Positions 59,872-64,000 of a DNA stretch of 64,000 nt are shown here, piece after piece. How positions within the stretch are numbered: position 1 is the first letter of the stretch; every line of letters starts with the position of its first letter. Under the pieces are notes generated by a model. That model saw only the letters and a program-made list of their open reading frames with translations, was not told the DNA's origin and searched no databases. The DNA is taken from the NCBI GenBank assembly GCA_001567355.1, contig JYNZ01000004.1, forward strand, positions 18,262-82,261, given 5' to 3'. The position numbers and the translations under genes were made by a program. The stretch is from a candidate division WS6 bacterium OLB20. Its GTDB lineage: Bacteria > Patescibacteriota > Dojkabacteria > B142 > OLB20.

Positions 59872-59928
59872 GTATCAGCACGTAAGAGATATAACAGATT
59901 GTAGGAAATGCAGCCCTGACATGCAAGG

Positions 59929-61141
59929 CTATTCTTCGGGCAGCAGTTCGCGGTGATAAAACAGTCGTACGGTCCAGTCGAGCGACACTTTCAGCTTCTT
60001 CCAGAATGAGATCATTTTGAGAAGATAGACGGTACGTCTGATATACCATGCCAGCGACCCTGCAACAGTCTGCCCGCGGATCGAGCCGACTGCATACCAC
60101 TGGCCGATCGAAACCAGTTCACCGCTGGACTGATACTCAAACGGAACCTGTTCACGGCCGGTATGCCACGCATAGAGAATCTGACCGAACGCAGATCCCT
60201 GCTTGCTGGCAACCTGTGCCCGCAGAGGCAGCTGACGGCCACGACGTCTGCTGGCTATGTCACCCGCAGCAAAGATATCGGGATACAGAGGCAGTGACTG
60301 GTTCTCGTCAGTCACAACAAAGCCCCGGTCATCAAGCAGTTCTGAGGGAAGTCCGACGTTAACAGGCTCAACACCTGCAGTCCAGATAGTGGTGCGAGCA
60401 GCGATGAAGCGGCTGTCATGCAGTAGCACGCCACGTGGTGTGACTTCGCGCACAGACTTTCCGGTAATCAGTGTGATCCCCTTGTGCCGGAGTATCTCCG
60501 CAGTGCGTGCCCTCAGTCCGGGTTCAAAATCAGGGACAAGTTCCAGTCCGCGGTGGACCAGTGTTATTCGCGCCTGATCTGTTACACTGTTCCCGTAATG
60601 CCTGCGCAGAGTCGACTGGATCAGCTCTGCCAGTTCTGCTGCCATCTCAACACCGGTACCGCCACCGCCCACGACAACAAATGAAAGTGACCCCTGAATG
60701 CTTTGTGACCGGCCGGCACGGAATGAGCCGATGATTCGCGACCTGAGCCGCACAACGTCCTCGTAGGTCTTGAGCGGAAAACTGAATTCTCTGGCTCCGG
60801 GTACACCTGCATAACTGGTTCGTGATCCGGCTGCAATCAGAAGATAGTCAAATCCGATCTGCCTGCCTCCAGCGGTTACTGTTTTACTGTCTGGGTCAAC
60901 TTCTGTCACCTCCGCTTCGATAAATCGATCTGTCTTTCGGAGAAGGGATTCAACTGGTTCAGCCAGATGTGTATCGGTGACGCCGAGCGTTGCTGCTTCG
61001 TGCAGCATGGGAGTAAACAGGAAGTGCGGTGTCCTGCTGATCATTGTGACCCTTACAGCGCCTGAAAAGGCGCGCAGGACGCTCTTGTAGGAGTATATCC
61101 CCCCCGAAACCAGATCCGATAATAACGAGATGAGGTATCAT
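59929..61141 (-). CDS. ndh: Type II NADH dehydrogenase (NDH-2), frameshifted in a C7/G7 run (61099-61105).
   Basis: N-terminal 'MIPHLVIIGSGFGG' in ORF 60959..61216 continues, if G7 is read as G6, as 'IYSYKSVLRAFSGAVRVTMISRTPHFLFTPML...'; second dinucleotide fold 'FVVVGGGGTGVEMAAEL'. Confidence 0.75.
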
Positions 61142-61207
61142 GAGGGAACAGTCATTGCTCTGAGAACGTATATACGTAATAATACCTTTTAGTAAGTCAC
61201 TACACAA

Positions 61208-61792
61208 ATGGCACATTTTATCGAGAACATTGAAGGTCAGGAGTCAGAGGAGTACGAAGTCCTTAACAAGGACGGTTCACCTGCCGGTATATTCAAGAGC
61301 AGAGAAGATATCCATCGGGATGGTGACTGGCACAGAACGGTGCATGTCTGGGTTCTGGGGCAGGATAATACCATACTGGTTCAGAAACGCAGTCTTGGTA
61401 AAAAACAGTTTCCCGGTCTGTTTCAGCTCAATGTCGCAGGCCATGTCGGCAAGGGCGAGGATACCGGGAGTGCCTGTCTGAAAGAACTTTTTGAAGAGCT
61501 TGATATTAAGCCTCAACAATCACAGCTGCAGCATCTGTTCACCATCAACTGGGAGTATAAGCATGATGATCTGTCAGATCGCGAGATACAGGAGGTGTAC
61601 CTGCTCAGTGGTGACTACACAGATGAAGATCTCAGGCTTAAGTCTGACGAAATCGAACATGCGGAGTTCATGCCACTCAGAGATGTTGAAGTCCTGATAC
61701 AGGAGCATATCAACGAACTGGTCCCGCAGGTCGAGGAGTACGGCAAAGTTCTGACTGCTATTAAAGATGCAATCGCCCAAAAGGCTGCTTGA
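61208..61792 (+). CDS. NUDIX hydrolase of the IPP-isomerase-like subfamily (lacks the catalytic Cys of Idi type 1).
   Basis: 'RSLGKKQFPGLFQLNVAGHVGKGEDTGSACLKELFEELDI'. Pattern parallels Idi-1 '[20 protein letters not shown]...' but Cys is replaced by Ala. Confidence 0.55.
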   Translation: MAHFIENIEGQESEEYEVLNKDGSPAGIFKSREDIHRDGDWHRTVHVWVLGQDNTILVQKRSLGKKQFPGLFQLNVAGHVGKGEDTGSACLKELFEELDIKPQQSQLQHLFTINWEYKHDDLSDREIQEVYLLSGDYTDEDLRLKSDEIEHAEFMPLRDVEVLIQEHINELVPQVEEYGKVLTAIKDAIAQKAA

Positions 61793-62666
61793 ACATTTCG
61801 GGATTGAAGACGCTGACCTGATCGGTGCCGGTAAAGAATCTTCTGCCTATCGTCTCAAAGATAATCGTGTGCTCAAAGTTTACGGAAACGATGCTTCTGA
61901 AGAACGGGTTGATGCAGAGGCGGCGTTTTATTCTGTTCTCGCTGCTGCCGATCTTCCGTTTGAAGTCCCTCAGGTGCTCGAGTCAGGCAGACTGGAGGAT
62001 ACTCTCTACACCATCGAAAAATTCCTGCCTGGCAAAACGTTCGAACAGCTGCTGACAGATGACGAACTGCTGCTTGAGACAGCGGTACACGAGCTGATCA
62101 AGGCTCCCGCACACCTCGGAAGAATAGATCTTGAGACAGGGGATTACGGGCATCTGTTCCCGGAGTATGCGCCCGTTCCTTTTCAGGCACATGACTGGCG
62201 CGGGTTTCTTGCTGGCGTTGTAAAGGGAACAGTAGAGCGCTTTAGCGACCGGTTCGGATCTGTCTTCGCGAATACTGCAGACCTGACGGCCAGTTTTACA
62301 GAAAAACTGTCGGATCTGCAACAGGCAGAGAAGTCATTTGTGCATGGTGATTTCTGGTATCCGAATGTTCTCTTTGCGCAGGATGGCTCGATCTCTGCAG
62401 TACTGGACCTTAATATGGAGCTTACACTTCGCGGTGACTGGCTTGTTGACGCGGTATCGGCTGCGGTATTCCTTCGCTCGGGTGCTGAAGATCTGCAATT
62501 TGATCTTACGAGGCTGAGCAGCCGGGCATTTTCTGCTGCATACCCGGATAAAGCCAGACAATTTGAGGTTTATTCTCTCTATTATGCGTTCATTTTCTTT
62601 CCCTACCGGGAAGAAGACGGATATCTGCATGAATGGTGCAGGGAGCAGTTGCAGGCGCTCGTCTGA
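61767..62666 (+). CDS. APH/choline-kinase-family phosphotransferase.
   Basis: 'FVHGDFWYPNVLF' catalytic loop and 'VLDLN' Mg-binding region. Confidence 0.7.
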   Translation: MQSPKRLLEHFGIEDADLIGAGKESSAYRLKDNRVLKVYGNDASEERVDAEAAFYSVLAAADLPFEVPQVLESGRLEDTLYTIEKFLPGKTFEQLLTDDELLLETAVHELIKAPAHLGRIDLETGDYGHLFPEYAPVPFQAHDWRGFLAGVVKGTVERFSDRFGSVFANTADLTASFTEKLSDLQQAEKSFVHGDFWYPNVLFAQDGSISAVLDLNMELTLRGDWLVDAVSAAVFLRSGAEDLQFDLTRLSSRAFSAAYPDKARQFEVYSLYYAFIFFPYREEDGYLHEWCREQLQALV

Positions 62667-62669
62667 AGA

Positions 62670-63212
62670 TCATACAGGCTGAAGGAGCATCTTCTCAAGT
62701 GTCGGGTCTACATTATCGTAGCAGTTGCGAGGCAGATTTTTCACATCCGCCCAGATTACCTCCTCAATCTCAGTCGAGGGAGAAGGTTTTCCGGAGATGA
62801 TTCTGGCAGGGTAGTGAAACAGCAGAATATCCAGATCACGTTCGGCAGCAAACAGATAGACAAACGGATCACCTGTTACTTCGCCACTAAGGCCTGTCTC
62901 TTCGGTCAGCTCACGCAATGCAGCTTCACGCAGGTTTTCCGTGTCAGCTGCATGTCCTCCAGGGAACTTGTACAGATCAGAACCTGCAGTCCGCACCAGC
63001 AGTACCTTGCCCTGCATAACTATGACGCAACCGGCACCCAGCGAAAACCGCCGTTCGCCATCAACAGTAAGCATCGGTATTCGTTTAATCTCCATAACGC
63101 AAGTATAGCAGAATACGATCCCTTTGATGCATAGCATTAGATAATCATACAAGCACTGTTTCCGGACCAAATACCTATGGCATATGCGACCAGCACAGAA
63201 TCGGCGACTCAA
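62670..63212 (-). CDS. NUDIX hydrolase.
   Basis: 'GGHAADTENLREAALRELTEETGL' Nudix box. Confidence 0.75.
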   Translation of the reverse strand: MSRRFCAGRICHRYLVRKQCLYDYLMLCIKGIVFCYTCVMEIKRIPMLTVDGERRFSLGAGCVIVMQGKVLLVRTAGSDLYKFPGGHAADTENLREAALRELTEETGLSGEVTGDPFVYLFAAERDLDILLFHYPARIISGKPSPSTEIEEVIWADVKNLPRNCYDNVDPTLEKMLLQPV

Positions 63213-63248
63213 TCAACTAATGTGCCCGGCTTCTGATAAAATTGATCT

Positions 63249-63791
63249 ATGGATACAAATAATCAGTCAAAACCGGTTTATATCTATGAGATCGAAGTGT
63301 GCCAGACGATAGTGACGGTTCTCGAGCGCCTGCTTCTGATAGAATTTCTTCTTGTCGGCCTTACGGTGTTTGTGATTGTACTCGAACAGCTGTTGTTGCA
63401 AGAGTTTATTGCGCAGGACGGTAATGTATACATTGCGCTCGTCGTGCTGACAACATTCCTGATGAATATCTTCAACATCTTTATCATTATCAGTGTGCAT
63501 CTCAAGTGGGCAAGTAACTATTATGTTCTGCGCTCCGGAGAGGTGGTATTCAGAAAAGGGCTGTTTAACACGTCTGAGGAGAGATTCAGTGTAGAGAATG
63601 CCGTAAGCATTTCAACAAGCAGATCGCTGCTTGGTAAAATCTTCAACTTTGGGACAGTAAAAATTTTCAATTCGGCCCTCGGAAACGATCTGATATTGCG
63701 GGATATTCCCAAGCCTGAGTTCTACGCAGAGATATTGAGACGCTCAAAAGACGTGCAGAACAATATTTTTATGCTCAACCCCAGGCGTTAA
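63249..63791 (+). CDS. Membrane protein with a bacterial PH (bPH_2/YdbT-like) domain.
   Basis: Two N-terminal TM helices then '...YYVLRSGEVVFRKGLFNTSEERFSVENAVSIS...GTVKIF' bPH_2 pattern. Confidence 0.55.
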   Translation: MDTNNQSKPVYIYEIEVCQTIVTVLERLLLIEFLLVGLTVFVIVLEQLLLQEFIAQDGNVYIALVVLTTFLMNIFNIFIIISVHLKWASNYYVLRSGEVVFRKGLFNTSEERFSVENAVSISTSRSLLGKIFNFGTVKIFNSALGNDLILRDIPKPEFYAEILRRSKDVQNNIFMLNPRR

Positions 63792-63835
63792 TCGGAGCTG
63801 TTCCCTGATACTGGTTTATCTTCTATTCACGTTGT

Positions 63836-64000
63836 TAAGCTCCCCTTGAAGAGACAAATGTCTCGTAGTGGATGATGTTGGGCAGATGCGTCTCGATGGC
63901 GCTTACAACCTGCTCGATATCATGAGAAGCACTGTCCGAATCAGATCTGATGATTGTACCCTCGATTAGACTGTTATCTCCCTGGATCCAGTCAGCCAGT
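63836..64000 (-). CDS. 3' end of a minus-strand gene whose start lies beyond the window.
   Basis: Open minus-strand frame ending '...IEQVVSAIETHLPNIIHYETFVSSRGA*' with the stop at 63836-63838. Confidence 0.3.

Noticed and set aside
2259-61105. Frameshifted genes interpreted as genuine pseudogenes or programmed frameshifts.
   Set aside because: Affected genes include essential rplD, rplW, rpmJ, rplQ and greA. The shifts sit in short as well as long homopolymers of all four bases, and the reading frames are otherwise undegraded. Sequencing or assembly error is the simpler explanation; slippage is kept as an alternative.
1-64000. CRISPR arrays, transposases, integrases or prophage genes.
   Set aside because: No direct-repeat/spacer periodicity and no recombinase, terminase or capsid-like ORFs were found in any frame.

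Overview
This window is a 64 kb chromosomal segment with bacterial gene organisation, and several features point to a Candidate Phyla Radiation (Patescibacteria, possibly Saccharibacteria-like) genome of about 50% GC. The centre (12.6-32.1 kb) is a nearly complete str/S10/spc/alpha ribosomal super-operon on the + strand: fusA, tuf, rpsJ, rplC, rplD, rplW, rplB, rpsS, rplV, rpsC, rplP, rpmC, rpsQ, rplN, rplX, rplE, rpsN (Zn-type), rpsH, rplF, rplR, rpsE, rplO, secY, map, infA, rpmJ, rpsM, rpsK, rpsD, rpoA, rplQ, then rplM and rpsI. It lacks rpmD (L30) between rpsE and rplO and lacks adk between secY and map. Several ribosomal proteins carry Lys/Ala/Arg-rich terminal extensions. The flanks encode envelope and accessory functions: SGNH hydrolase, GNAT, two Stf0-like sulfotransferases, a GT2 glycosyltransferase, NUDIX hydrolases, a VOC-family protein, an M20 peptidase, Dps, an RRM protein, CdnL, GreA, ChaB, an eRF1-like (baeRF-like) protein, DsbA, a membrane Zn-metallopeptidase, mevalonate-pathway enzymes (diphosphomevalonate decarboxylase and mevalonate kinase), SecA, NDH-2, HPF, a 2H phosphoesterase, a CAP-domain protein and an APH-family kinase. 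Three loci look system-like. One is a type IV secretion-like cluster (PrgI-like membrane protein fused to a carboxypeptidase-regulatory-like domain, an accessory protein, a VirB4-like ATPase and a small membrane protein) immediately upstream of an rnpB gene. A second is a sortase divergently paired with two paralogous Cys-rich DUF11 surface proteins that both end in P-[PV]-T-D-L. A third is a possible cobalamin riboswitch in front of a DUF4430 protein and a small polytopic membrane protein. Non-coding RNAs not in the ORF track are tRNA-Glu(CUC) at 4332-4403 and a type-A RNase P RNA at about 41144-41521. At least 17 single-base frameshifts interrupt otherwise intact genes, including the essential rplD, rplW, rpmJ, rplQ and greA. 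Most sit in A/T/G/C homopolymers and look like sequencing or assembly indels rather than pseudogenisation. No CRISPR array, transposase or integrase was seen.
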